Shown: positions 1 to 20,095 of the stretch, piece by piece
How positions within the stretch are numbered: position 1 is the first letter of the stretch
Layout of the letters: each line of letters starts with the position of its first letter
DNA from: Dictyostelium discoideum
Lineage: Eukaryota
Assembly: GCA_000004695.1 (NCBI GenBank)
Contig: CM000153.2
Span: 4,352,001 to 4,416,000 of the forward strand
Length of the DNA: 64,000 nucleotides
Direction of reading: 5' to 3'
The notes under the pieces: model-generated
The model's input: the letters and a program-made list of their open reading frames with translations, nothing else
Told to the model about the DNA's origin: nothing
Database searches by the model: none
Position numbers and translations under genes: made by a program

Positions 1-984
1 TGTGTTTGTTTTTCACCATGGATTGGTGAATCATGTAATTCAAAAGTTTTAGTTATTACGCCACCAATTGTTAATCCAAATACACCATCAACTAATTTCA
101 CATATCATGATAAAGATAGTGAATCTGAAATTGCAGGTATAATATCATTGGTTGAATTGAGAGAAATCGATTATGAATCAAAACCAATCAAACGTTATCC
201 ATTCGATAAATGGATATTGACAAAGATTAATCCTAATGAAAATTTTTATACAACTTCAATTTTAGATAATAATAATAATAATTCAAAATTAATTTGTAAT
301 GTAACTGTATCAAGTATTTGGTATGAACAACTTACAGTAATTACATTTGCGGATCAAAAGATTACTATGGATCCATCTACATTGAAATATAATATCAATA
401 TAACTTCATACCCATTCTCAAATAAATTAAATACTCTTCAATTGGTAATTTCTGCAAGTGCAAAAGAAACAAATAATAATTCAAAATCAGATTATTGCTC
501 ATCTAGTTCCTATGGTAATACAGTTTTAGATAATTCAAATTATTTAAAACTAACAATTAACTATCAAAGTATTTATGGTAAATTTATAAAAAGAGGTATA
601 ATTGATTTTAAAACAATATCAATTGGAAATTCTCAATTAGCCTTAAATGATCCAATAATTGAAAATGATCATGGTGATGAGGCAATTACTTCAACCTTTC
701 AAAAATCTTTTATTGCTATTAATATTCCATATTATATATTTCTTGCTCAACTTGATCCATCTTTTTCAGTTTTAGTTAATCCAAACTTAAATAATGATGA
801 AAATTCAATTTGTAGTCAATCAAACGATCATTCTATTAATGAAAAACTTATCATTGGTATTGTTGTTGGTGTAGTTGGTTTTACAATTGCATTAGTGGTG
901 GTTATTATTATAATCATAAAGAAAAAGCATCATTTAAGACGTTTACAATATAAAATTAAATTAAAAAAACAAAATAAATTATAA
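1..984 (+). CDS. 3' part of a gene truncated at the window start: Cys-rich (EGF-like CVCFSPWIGESCNS) extracellular protein with a single C-terminal transmembrane anchor and a short basic tail
   Basis: The frame of ORF 148..984 is open back to nt 1. The track's 'M' at 148 is a TTG codon. A hydrophobic stretch IIGIVVGVVGFTIALVVVIIIII is followed by KKKHHLRR and then a stop at 982-984. There is no in-window start, so the gene begins upstream of the window. Confidence 0.5.
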   Translation, partial: CVCFSPWIGESCNSKVLVITPPIVNPNTPSTNFTYHDKDSESEIAGIISLVELREIDYESKPIKRYPFDKWILTKINPNENFYTTSILDNNNNNSKLICNVTVSSIWYEQLTVITFADQKITMDPSTLKYNINITSYPFSNKLNTLQLVISASAKETNNNSKSDYCSSSSYGNTVLDNSNYLKLTINYQSIYGKFIKRGIIDFKTISIGNSQLALNDPIIENDHGDEAITSTFQKSFIAINIPYYIFLAQLDPSFSVLVNPNLNNDENSICSQSNDHSINEKLIIGIVVGVVGFTIALVVVIIIIIKKKHHLRRLQYKIKLKKQNKL

Positions 985-1050
985 TAAAAATATTTTATTT
1001 ATTTTTAGAAAAATTTAAAAAAATATATGTATTATTTTATTTTATTTAAT

Positions 1051-1093
<43 letters not shown>

Positions 1094-1208
1094 TTTTTTT
1101 ATTTATTTATTTATTTTTATCAATAAAATAATTTACCTAAAAAAAAAAAAAAGGAAAGATAAATTTAATATTTAGTTTGTTATTTGAATAACTTTTTAAT
1201 AATTTTAG

Positions 1209-1246
<38 letters not shown>

Positions 1247-1998
1247 AAAATTGTAAAAAAAAAATTAATTTTGTTATTATTTTTTTTTAATTATTTTTAT
1301 CTCGTCTTGGTTTTAATTTTGACCAGAATGAAATTTTGTTTTTTTTTTTTGACTGATTTTTTTTTTTTTTTTTTTCATTAAAAACATGTTTATTAAAATC
1401 TTATATTGGGGAATTAAATCATATATATGAAATATTAATTAATTAATTAATTGGTTTTTTGATTGGTTTTTTTTTTTTTTTTTGTTATTTTTATTTTTTT
1501 TTTTTTTTTTTCAACCGAGCCAAAAAAAAACCAATCAAAAAAAAAATATCTTATTTTTAGCAATCTACAAATTTAGCAATCTACAAATTTTTAAAAAAAG
1601 TTTTTTCAAAAAATTTTAAAAAAAAAAAAAATAAAAAATAAAAAAAAAAAAATATTAATAGACTGTTTCTCGTGATCTTGAGGAAAAATTTTTTTGTGTA
1701 TTGGAGGTTTAAAATTGTTGTAAATCACATTCTTTGTAGTAGGGTGAATTGATTTAAATAATTATTATAATTAATGATTTACACACAAACAAATATAATT
1801 TATTTATTGAAATGAAAATCACAAAAAAATCTTTTTTTTAAAATTTTTTATTTTTGTTGAGAAGATACAAAAAAAAAAAAAAAATTAAAAATAAAAAAAT
1901 AAAAAAAAAAAATAAATAAAAAAAGAATTTAAAAATAAAAAATTAAAAAAAATAAAAAAAAAAAAAAAATTCGAGATTTTGGTTTTGATTTTATATTC

Positions 1999-2035
<37 letters not shown>

Positions 2036-3024
2036 AAAGAAAAAAGTTTTTTTTTTTTTTTTATTTTTGGCATTTTTAACAACAATAAAAGATAAATTCA
2101 TAAACTCACTCAAAGAGAGAGAAAGAGAGACACACACATACATTCTGTAGTTTGTAGCTCCAAAAAAAAACAATAACAAAGATACAATAATAGCAATAAT
2201 TATTAGTGCGCTCACACTGCAAATAATAATAAAAAACATTCAAATAAACTTTTTCATTAAATTAAACCCCCCAATACTGTTTTATTAATATAAAAAAAAA
2301 AAAAAAAAATCGAAAATTTTTTAAAAATAAAAAAAAAAACAATATCAGATATCTGTTTCTTTTTTTTTTTTTTTAAAAAAAAAACATTTTTGTTAAGATC
2401 AATCTCAGTTATAACGACACTTTTCAATTAATTAGCACACAAAGTTAATAAAAATAAAAGAAAAAAAAAAAAAAAAAAAAAAGAAATAAAAATAAAAATA
2501 AAATAACAACAACGTTTCTTCAAATAACCAAATTACACCCACCCACACAATTTACCACTTACTCACTATATTTGTTTATGTATAAAATCACTCTCAATCA
2601 ATCATTTATATTAATACAATAATTAAATAAATTAATATTTAAAAATAAAAAAATAAAAAATAAAAAAAAAAAAAAAAAAAAAAAAAATTTGTCATTAAAA
2701 CTCATTTTTTTTATTTTTTTTTTTTATATCTAGTATCTAATTTTAAAAACCCACATAAAAAAAAAAAAAAAAAAAAAAACTTTCATTCTTGTAAATAATA
2801 AAAATAAAAATAAAATTATAAAAAAATAAAAATAAAAAAATAAAAAAAAAAAAACCACACAATTTTATATATAACACACCATATACACTTACATATAAAA
2901 ACTATAAATAGTAAATAAATAAATAAAATTTTTTTTTTTTTTTTTAAAGTAAATAATTAAATAAATAAAAAAACCTTTTTTTTTGTAGAATAGTAAATAA
3001 ATAAATAAATAAAATAAAATATAA

Positions 3025-4799
<1,775 letters not shown>

Positions 4800-5069
4800 T
4801 TAATTTTATTAACAAAAAAAAAAAAAAAAAAAAAAAAAATAGTCAAAAAATCAAAAAATTAAAAAAAAAAAAAAAAAAACTTTATACATTTTTTATTTAT
4901 TATTTTCTTTGGAAACAAATCAAATCAAAAACTAAACAAAAAAGAAAAAAAAGAAAAGAATTATTTTTTAAAAAAAAAAACAAAAAAAAAAAAACAAATA
5001 AAGTTTATTTTATAGTATTATTATCCATGGACAATCTATGAAATTCACAAATTGTTCTGCCTATATATT

Positions 5070-5168
5070 TTAAGATTGTTTATCTTCTATATTTGTTTTT
5101 CTTGTATTTCTTTGTTTTAAAGGTTTGTTAAATTTTAAGGTTATTTGAGGTGTTGGTTGTGGTGGTTC

Positions 5169-5261
<93 letters not shown>

Positions 5262-6184
5262 TAATGAAAATACACCAGATTTATTAAAAGATAAAACTGA
5301 TTCAAAATTCTTTGATGTTGATGGAATGGTTGGTGAAATTACATTTGTAAGGGTTATTGGTTTTTTATGATTTGCCATAGCTCTTTTTGTAATGTTTACA
5401 CTTTCTTCTTCACTATCGGCATCAGATACATCGGAATAGTCTTTTTCATCTCGTTTATTTTCATCATTATCTTTTTTATTTTTTTTATCTTTTTTATCTT
5501 TTTCATCATCACTATCTTTTCTTGTTGAACCAAATGCACTTTCAATTGGATCAACTGTTTGCCATTGTCCAATTATACTCTCACTTTGATCAACTTCTGA
5601 AGATTCTGATTCTGATTCTGATCCTGATCCAGATTCCTCTTCATCATCGTCATTATCATCACTCTCTTCACCTTCTTCACCTTCTCCACTTTTATTATTA
5701 TTATTATTATTATTAAGCTCATTTTCTTTTTCATTTGATTTATCTTTATTTTCATTATTAACACATTCATCTTTTGAAATTTTTGCTGGTATAGGTGAAT
5801 TTGTATCATCTTGTTTTCTCTTTTTTTGGTGCGAAGGTGATATTATTGTTGATGATGAGGAAGAAGATAATGTGTCAGTTGAAGAATCTAAACGTGATTT
5901 TAAAAGTGGTGATTCTGTATATCCATATAAACTTGTATTTAAAGGTGGTTCAGGTATTGGTTGATTACCTTCATTTTGATAGTAATCATATATTAATTGC
6001 TGTCTATCTTGATAATAGTTATAATAATCATTATTACTTAGTAGTTGTCTTTGTTGTTCTTGTATCTCTTTAAACTTTGAATCTGCGTTATCACAATTTT
6101 TATTTGAGGCTGTAGTATTAGTAGTAGTGGTAGTAGTTGTTGTGGTAGGATATTGTGGTTGGTGGTAATTATTATTATTATTAC

Positions 6185-6259
<75 letters not shown>

Positions 6260-6722
6260 TATTATTAAATATTCTTTGTTGTTGTTGTGGTTGTTGTGGT
6301 TGTTGTTGTGGTTGTTGTTGGTGTTTCTTTTCATCTAAAACTCTTGATAAATCTTTTTCTCTAAAAGATCTTGCACCTGTATTTTTTATTCTATTTATTT
6401 CTCTTTCAGCTTCTTTTTGGTCTCTTTCTTGATATTTTTTATCTCTATTTTGGGTAGATACAAATCTTGTAACATTGTTTTTATGTCTCCATCCTTCTTC
6501 ATGATTCTTTACGCTAATATTATCTTGAATGAATATTTTACAATATTTACACCAATGTTTATTGTTATCTTTTTTATTATTATTGTTATTATTATTACTC
6601 CTATGTTTATTATAATAATTAATTGTTAGTTAGTAATTTTATACAGAGGTGTTATTTTTTACATATCTCTTTTTTTTTTTTTTTTTTTTTTTTATACATA
6701 CATTTTACTCTGTAATTTTCAT
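5070..6722 (-). CDS. U1-type (matrin/WBP4-like) C2H2 zinc-finger protein with Asn/Gln-rich and acidic Ser-rich regions; complement(join(5070..6600,6709..6722))
   Basis: Minus-strand exon 1 is the 14 nt ATGAAAATTACAGA, followed by a GTAAAA donor. The intron is 6601..6708 with a CATAG acceptor. Exon 2 gives [51 protein letters not shown], which fits the U1 zinc-finger pattern CxYCxxxIxDNxxSVxxHExGxxHKxNV. The frame stays open through poly-Q/poly-N and acidic SD-rich segments to the stop at 5070. It has the same frame modulus as track ORF 5070..5378, whose 'M' is internal. Confidence 0.6.
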
Positions 6723-6788
6723 GAAAATGAAAAAAAAAAAAAAATAATTGTAGTTGTTTAAAAAAAGAAATTCAAAAAAATTTCTGAA

Positions 6789-6824
<36 letters not shown>

Positions 6825-6955
6825 AAAAAAAAAAAAAATATAAAAATAGATTCTACCAATTCCAACTTATTTTATTTTTTTATTTATTTTAGATATTTAT
6901 TTTAGATATTTTTTTTTTTTTTTTTATTGAAAATAATATGGTAAAAGTTTCTTTA

Positions 6956-7013
<58 letters not shown>

Positions 7014-7666
7014 ATGACAGAAATTAATAAATAAATAAAAAAATAATATTATATAAAAATTAGAAATTTAATGTTTAATTTTTTTTTTTTTTTTTTTTTT
7101 TTGTATTAGAATTAAAAACAAAATATTTTTTTTTTTTTTCTTTGGGACTCATTTTCATTATTTTCCTTATTATTATTAAAATATTTTTTTTAATAAAAAA
7201 TTTATTTTTTTGAAAAGCTCAAAAAAAAAAAAAAAAAAAGAAAAACGTGTATTGTTTTTTTAAGATATTTATTATTTTTAATTTTTAATTTTTTTTTTTA
7301 AATTTTCTTTGAAAAAATGTGATTAATTACTTATTTTTATCTTTGAGCGTTTCATACCAAAAATTATTTGAAATCGGTGAAAATTATACACCTAATTCTT
7401 ATTTTGGATATTTTTTTTTTTGAAAAAAAAAAAATAAATTTAAAAATAATTTAATGGTGGTATTATGGTGGAGAAAAAAATAATTTAAAATTTTAATTTT
7501 TTTTTTTTTTTTTTTATGATGGTATAATGATGGAGTAAAAATAGTATTTTATATAAATACCTTTTTTTTAATTTTTAATTTTTTATTTTTACTTTAATAA
7601 ATAATAATAATAACAATAATAAATAAATAAATAAATAAATAAATTAAAAAAAAAAAAAAAATCATC

Positions 7667-9014
7667 ATGGATAAAACAGTAATAATTATAGGTGGTGGTA
7701 TATCAGGACTTGCATTAGCACAAGGATTGTCAAATAATGGTATTAAATTTAAAATATTTGAAAGAGATGAAGCAATAAATTTCAGAGATCAAGGTTACAG
7801 AGTTCGTGTATCACCAGAAGGTTCAAATGCATTAAAAACGATGTTAAGTGAAGATTTATGGAATTTATTTAAGGATTCATGTGCACGTACAACATTTGGT
7901 ATGTCATCAATTAATGCAATCGATGGTAAACTTTTAAAAAGGGCACCTAATTTCTCACCAGTTGGAAAATCATCAATGGATGAAAATATGGTTTTCTCAG
8001 CCGACAGAACCAATTTAAGAAATCTCCTAACATTAACAATTGAAAATCATATTGAATATAATAAGAAATTCATTAGATATGAATTAATTAACTATGGTGG
8101 TGGTGGTAGTAAAGTTGTAGCACATTTTTCAGATGGTACAAGTTTTGAAGGTGACTTAATCGTTGGTGCGGATGGAGTGAATTCAAAAGTGAAAAAACAA
8201 TTAATACCACAATGTAAGACCTTTGATACCAATGGTAGATTCATATTTGGTAAAACTGAAATTAGTAATCATATTTTAGATACTTTACCAGCATCGGCAA
8301 TGGAATGGATAACAACTGTAAATGATGCTGAGAAGGGCTTGATGATATTTATGGAACCAATTAAATTCAAACCAATTAATAGTAAACTTCCAGATGGTTG
8401 TTCAAAATTCTCACCAGAAACTACGGATTACATCTATTGGGTATTATTAGGACAAGCTCAAGCATTTGAAAAATCAGATGAAGAACTCTTTAAAATGAGT
8501 CCATCTCAATTAAAAGAACATCAATTACATTTAGTTAGAAATTGGGACCCAAGATTTCAAGAAATTATTAAATCTTCATTTGATAATAAATCTTGTTATT
8601 TAGGTGTAACTTCATCATTTCCTGATATTTATCAATGGGAAACTAATGAAAATGTAACCTTAATTGGTGATGCAGTTCATAATATGTCTCCAACTGGTGG
8701 TGTATGTATTTTAAAAATTAATATAAATTATTTATTAGTATATCATTAAACTTTTAATTCTAATTTTTTTTTTTTTTTTTTTTTTCTTTTTTTTTCCCAA
8801 TTATTAAATTATATAGGCTGGAGCTAATACTGCATTACAAGATTGCCCAATTTTATTGGATGCTATTAAAAATGGTTTAAAAAAAGAAGATTTAAATCAA
8901 TATGAAGCTAAAATGAGATTAAATGCAAAACCAAATATCGAAGGAAGTTTAATGGGTGCTAAAAGATTATATAATTTTAAATCGATTGAAGAATGTAAAG
9001 TTATTGATCAATAA
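7667..9014 (+). CDS. FAD-dependent aromatic-ring monooxygenase (salicylate-hydroxylase / PF01494-like); join(7667..8701,8817..9014)
   Basis: The N-terminal Rossmann motif IIIGGGISGLALAQ fits GxGxxG. The conserved GDAVHNMSPTGG|AGANTALQDCPILLDAI motif is restored by splicing out 8702..8816 (donor GTATGT, acceptor TATAG). Exon 2 ends with a TAA at 9012-9014. Confidence 0.8.
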
Positions 9015-9251
9015 AATTTAAATAAAAAAATTATAAAAAAAAAAAAAATCTTAGAAATAAAAATAGATTTTTTTTTTTTTTTTAAATTACATTTTGAAAA
9101 AAAAGAAAAAAAAATGGATATACCAAAATTTCAAAGAAACAAATTTTCCATAATTTTAGCAAAAATTATTTTTTTCTTTTTGGTTTTTTTTTTTTTTATT
9201 TTTTCATTTTTTTTTTTTTTTTTATTTTTCAAAAACACAACATTAATAATA

Positions 9252-12082
<2,831 letters not shown>

Positions 12083-12168
12083 GAAAGAAAGTCTTTTTAT
12101 GAAAAAAAAAAAAAAAAAAAAAAAAATTATTTTATTTATTTATTTTTTTAAATAACTATAATATTACT

Positions 12169-13047
12169 TTATTCAATAGAGTAATACTTTTTAATTGTTT
12201 TATTAATAGATTGTATAAATTGAAATAGTTGAGGGGTTTGAATTATTTCATTTATTGTCAATGATTTAATTGATTTGTTTTTTGCAATCATTAATCCAAA
12301 TGTTTGAATAAATTGATCTGGTAATTTGTGTTTTTCAAATTCTCCAAGCGATTCTTTACATGTATGTTCAATTGAAATCGATTTTAATGTTTTATGATTT
12401 GAAATTGATTGAAATATATAATTCCAATAATATTTGAAATTTGAGTTTTTATTGTGTGGTTTATTGGTTTTTTTATTTCTTTCATCCTCTTCGTCATCGT
12501 CATCGTGTTCAAAACTACATTTACAAGGTTTTAATGATGCATTTCTATTTGATAAATGATATATTAGATTTTCAAAACATAAACCAATTGATAGGCCTTC
12601 TATTTTTGGACATCCTTTTAAAATGTAATATATTTGTTTGATAGATAAACTATCTGAATATGACAAATCATGTAAATAGTATATACTTTTATTTAAAGAA
12701 ATTTCCTTGAATGGAAAAATCCACTCATCATAATTTTCAACATCTATTGCCTTGATTTTACATCTTGAAAACAATTGCACTATTTCATTTGGTGGGAAAC
12801 ATGATTTTAAATGTATTCCTATTGAAAAAAAAAAAAAATAAAATAAAATAAAATTAATTAAATATGTGGGAGAGTGGGGTGTTAATAATTTTATAATATA
12901 CACAAATAAAATATTAATAATTCTATACATACCTCCGATTTGTTTTACATTATTTGTGATTTTGTTTATAAAACTTATACTATTATTAATATTAGAAAAT
13001 GGATAATACCCATTGTTTTTAGAATGAGAATAATTTATTGTTGATAA

Positions 13048-13121
<74 letters not shown>

Positions 13122-13764
13122 CATAATTCTTACTATTGTTATCATCAATTACTTTTATTTTAATATTTTCAAATTGGATATCACCCAATGTATCAAAATA
13201 AAAAGGTACATATAATTTTTTTAAATTTTTTAAATTTTTTAGAGTTGGATTTAATTTATTATTTATAAAATTAATATCATTAATTGGTTGAAGGTTTGTA
13301 ATTTTAAAATATTTTATATTTTCATATTGTAAAATACAATAATATGATGAATTAAAACAATTAAAATCAACAATAACATTCAATTCAGATTGTACCATAT
13401 GGAACCAATCCCAACAAACATTAGCAATTTGATTCTTAAGTCTACATAAATATTTTTTTTTTTCTATATTTCCGATGTTTGTTTTTATATTATTTGATTT
13501 ATTTATATATTTACACAAAATTTTAATTATAATACTTTGTAAATAAAATGGTATTGTATTTTGATTATCATCCACACAATTATTTTTATTTATATTGTTA
13601 TTTTTATTATTATCATTTTCATTATTATTATAATTTTTATTATTATTATTATTATTTGATATTTTAATTATCTTTTTTTCTTTATCATTTTCAATTAATG
13701 TTTGGGTTTCTCCTGTTCTTTTATTTTTTAAAACATTTTGATTAAATGAAGTTGATTTATAATT

Positions 13765-13770
<6 letters not shown>
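12169..13770 (-). CDS. Poly-Asn-rich protein with an F-box-like N-terminal motif and a leucine-rich region; paralogue of the downstream gene; complement(join(12169..12818,12933..13770))
   Basis: A 114-nt intron at 12819..12932 (donor GTATGT, acceptor CAATAG) sits inside the continuous track ORF. It is a multiple of 3, so the ORF reads through it as the junk peptide MYRIINILF...SIG. Spliced, the junction reads ...NVKQIG-G-IHLKSCFPPNEIVQLFSRCKIKAIDVENYDEW. The N-terminus IIKILCKYIN...LCRLKNQIANVCWDWFHMV resembles an F-box (L..IL..I...L..VCK.W). Several blocks are collinear with gene 14711..17185. Confidence 0.6.
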
Positions 13771-13812
<42 letters not shown>

Positions 13813-14710
13813 AAATATAAAATTATCATAAGAGAAGGAAAATTTTTTTATTAAAAAAAATTAAAGAAAAAAAAAAAAAAAAAGAAGGAAAAATTTAATC
13901 AAATCAAAAATAAGTATAAAAAAGTTTGAAAAAAATTAAAAAAAATTTAAAATTTGGAAAAAAAAAAAAAAAAAAAAAAAGAAAAAAATGGAACTTGTAC
14001 CAATAAGTAAGGGAAGAGGTTGAACTTTGACAATTTTTTTTTTAAAAAAAAAAAAAATAAAAAAAATTAAAAATAATTAAAAAATATTTTGAAAATTTAA
14101 AAAAAAATAAAAAAGCAAACAAACCGGGGTTCCTTTGAAAAATTATTTTTAGCTTGAATAAAAAAAAAAAAATAACAAATTAAAAATAGAAAAAAAATAA
14201 AAATTAAAAAAAAAAAAATAAAATAAAAAAAAATAAAAAAAAAAAAAGATATCGCCCCCATTTGAAAAATAAAATAAAAAATTAATAATAAATTAAAATT
14301 TAACAAAAAAAAAATAAATAAAAATAATGATAAAAATAAAAATAAAAACAGTGTGTTAACAATAAAACAGATATTAAAGAACGATATAATCAATATTATT
14401 ATTTTTTTTTTTTATTGGTGGTTGAAAAATAGATAATTATACGAATTGTAATTTGAAAAAAGATTAGATGGTTATATTTTTCTTTTTTTTTATTTAAAAT
14501 TATTTTTATAAAAATATTGGCAAAAATATTAAAAATAAAAAAATAAAAATAAACTTATTTTACTATTGAATTACCTGATTTTTTAATTGGTTGCTAATTT
14601 GTATTAAAAAATATTTTTAATTCAAATTTTTATTAGTTTATTTATTTATTTAATTTTTAAATTAATTTATTTAATTATTTTTTTTTTATTTTTTTTATTT
14701 AAACCAACTA

Positions 14711-17185
<2,475 letters not shown>

Positions 17186-17224
17186 TTTTTATGAATTATT
17201 TTTGATTAAAGGTTTCTTTTTTTC

Positions 17225-17255
<31 letters not shown>

Positions 17256-18018
17256 TTTTTTTTATTTTTTTTTAATAAAAAAAAAATAGTAATAAAAATA
17301 ATAGTAATCAATTATAAAATTTAATTTATTTGTTATCTATTTGTACTAATAGTACTTAAATAAATTGTTTTATTTTTTATTGTTATTTTATGAGTGTTGT
17401 TTTTATATAATTTTTTATTTATTTTTTTTTATTTTTTTTTTTATTTTTTGTTTTTGACACTTTTTTTTTTTAATTAATTACTATATGTGTATTTTTAATT
17501 TATTTTTTTTAATTTTTTTTTTTAATTTTGTTTTTTTTTTTTTTTTCTCCCTATCTCTTGTTACTTCATATTACCTTTTTTTATTACTTTTATTTTATTT
17601 TATATAATTTTATTTTGTTCTATTTTTTTATTCCGTTTTAATTTTACTTTTATTGGCCTGTTTATATAAACTTTTTTTATTTTTTTTTTCTTATTTTGGT
17701 TTTTTTTTGTTGTTTTGTTTTTATTATTTATTCTAATTTATTGTTTTTTTTATTTTTATTTTTAAATCTTTTTTTTATTTTTATTTTATTCTTTTTTTGG
17801 AAGGATTTAATTTGGTTTTTTTTTTTTTTTTTTTTTTAGTAAAAGAGGAGCATACAAAAATTAATTTTTTTTTTTTTCATGAAAAAAATTAAAAAAAGTA
17901 AAAAAAAATTTTATTTTTATTTTTATTTTTATTTTTTATTTTTTTTAAATTTTGACGCCTGATTTATTTTTGTTGCGTGGATTTGATTTTTTAAATTAAT
18001 TAATTAATAAAATTTTTT

Positions 18019-18050
<32 letters not shown>

Positions 18051-18067
18051 GAAAACTTTTGGGTGTT

Positions 18068-18112
18068 TTTGCCTGATCAAACCAAAAAAAAAAACCTGAT
18101 CAAACCACATAG
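18068..18112. promoter_or_regulatory. Direct repeat CCTGATCAAACC x2 in an intergenic region (candidate cis element)
   Basis: The sequence gCCTGATCAAACCaaaaaaaaaaaCCTGATCAAACCacatagcgacatataaaagagg contains a TATAAAAG-like box immediately downstream. It lies between the 3' end of the NCS-like gene and the 5' end of paralogue gene 14711..17185. Its function is unknown. Confidence 0.2.
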
Positions 18113-18398
18113 CGACATATAAAAGAGGTTTAAACGGTTTTTAAATTTAATCATTAAATTTAAAGTTTTTTTTATTTTATTTTATTTATGGTTGCATTGG
18201 AACTAATCAAAAAAAATAAAATAAAATAAAAAAAAAAATAAAAAGAAAAATAAATAAGCGATGAATTTGTCACTAAACTTTTTTTTTTTTTATTATTAGC
18301 ACCAACTCGAAAAAGAAATTTCCAATTTTTTTTTATTTTTTTTATTTTTTTTTTTTATTTATTTTTTTTTTATTTATTTATTTTTTTTATTTATTTTT

Positions 18399-19121
18399 TT
18401 AAATGCCTAATAAGGTAAGGAGTGATGGTGATCTGGCACCTTCAGTTAAAAATTCTTCTCTAGAGATTAAATTGTTTTTATCTTTATCAATCTTTTCAAA
18501 TAATTTAACAATAAATAATTCGATATCTCCTGGTGATTTACCCAAAGACACACCAACATTTTTCATTAAAGCAATCATTTCATCAACTTCTTTTTTCTCT
18601 AAAATTCCAGACTTGTCTTTGTCATAAATATCAAAGAGAACCTTTAATTTATCTTCAGCTGAACCTAAGTTGGTTATAATAAAATTAGTTTTTTTTTTTG
18701 TTTTTGTTTTTGTTTTTGTTTTTTTTTTTCCTTACCTTTACCAATAATGGATAATGCAACAGTTAATTCTTTGAAATCAATTGTGTTACTTTTATCAGAA
18801 TCAAAAGCGTCAAATAATTTATTTAAATTATCTTCTGGATAGTTTGGAAGTTTACTTTTAAAGAATAAAACAAATTCTTTTCTATCAAAACTACCATTTC
18901 CGTCTTTATCAAATTTTCTAAAAATAGAATAAAAAAAAAAAAAAAATTAGTTTATAAATTTCTTTTTAAAGGCGCAAATAGTAAAAAAAAAAAAAAAAAA
19001 AAAAATAAGAATCATACTTGAACTCTCCATAGATATTGGCAACTTCTTCTTTTGAGAAATTTGAATTTTTACCGATAAACTCGATGTCACTCTTTGTTAA
19101 TTTTGAATTTTGTTGACCCAT
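18399..19121 (-). CDS. N-myristoylated EF-hand calcium-binding protein of the neuronal calcium sensor/recoverin family; complement(join(18399..18664,18736..18917,19018..19121))
   Basis: The spliced product is MGQQNSKLTKSDIEFIGKNSNFSKEEVANIYGEFKKFDKDGNGSFDRKEF...FDAFDSDKSNTIDFKEL...SAEDKLKVLFDIYDKDKSGILEKKEVDEMIALM...IDKDKNNLISREEF. It has an MGxxNSKL myristoylation start and three DxDxDG-type EF loops, and is 183 aa. The two introns both have GTATGA/GTAAGG donors and TTAG acceptors. Confidence 0.75.
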
Positions 19122-19299
19122 TTATAAATTTTTCTGTGTTTGATTTCTTGTAATATGATGAAAAAAGAAAAAAAAAAAAAAAATTGATTTTTTTTTTTTT
19201 TTTTTTTATTTTTTTTTTGGAAAAAAAAAAATAAAAAATAAAATTTTATTAAATTTCCTTCCCAAAAAAGCTTCAGATCGTGGTGGTTTTTTTATAATG

Positions 19300-19333
<34 letters not shown>

Positions 19334-20095
19334 AAAAATAAATACTAATTTAATCCGATTAAAAAATATCTAACACCCGGTGTTTAACCTCTTTTTTTTT
19401 TTTTTTTAAAAATTTTTTTTTTTTACAAATAATATTTTATTATTTGTAAAATTGTGATAAAAAAAAAAAAAAAAAAAAAAAAAAATTATCAATCTATACT
19501 ATTTAAAAAGATAGAAAATTTTTTTTTTTTTTTTTTTAGGATAAATCGAGTATTTTTTTTAATTCCTTTTAAAAATCTTTGAGATTAATCTAATTTTGAA
19601 CTTTATATAAAAACAATATTTTAAAATATTGTTTTTATATAAAACAAAAAAAAAAAATTAGGTATTAATTAAGCAAAATAGATTATTAACAATGATTTAT
19701 ATAATTCAAAATCTTATACACGATGTTGTGTTAACATACACATAAAGAAATAAAAAAATTAAAAAAAATAAGATTCTTATATTAAAATAAGCATAATCAA
19801 TCATAAAAATTATTAAAAAGATTGTATTACCCCATACACTAAAATAAAAAAAAAAAAAAATAAATAATACTAAACAAATGAATAATATTAAAAATAATTA
19901 TTTCATATTATTATTTTTTTTTTTTTTATTAAAACATAAAAAAAAAAAAAAAAAAAAAAGTAATAAAAAGGTAAAAAAAAAAGAATAAGAATTATTATTT
20001 AATATTTGTTTACTAGTCATTTTAAGAAAAAATAAATAAAAAAAAAAAAAAAAAAAAGAATATTTATATTTATTTTTTATTTTTTTTATTCAATA

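Noticed and set aside
148-150. Track 'Met' starts at 148, 20964, 43507, 49058 and 57489
   Set aside because: The underlying codons are TTG, GTG or ATT, so they are artefacts of permissive start rules. Each case sits inside a longer spliced or truncated gene.
1556-1590. Direct repeat TAGCAATCTACAAATTT x2
   Set aside because: It is short and in generic intergenic AT-rich DNA downstream of the first gene. It may be a slippage duplication, and there is no supporting context for a specific regulatory call.
9114-9251. The ORF-track start at 9114 for the 979-aa protein
   Set aside because: The first 46 codons are poly-Phe/Leu read from T-tracts typical of a 5'UTR. The ATG at 9252 begins normal-complexity sequence. 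I cannot exclude the upstream start or a further 5' exon.
18403-18627. Plus-strand 74-aa ORF
   Set aside because: It is antisense to exon 3 of the NCS-like EF-hand gene, whose spliced product is a complete and conserved 183-aa protein.
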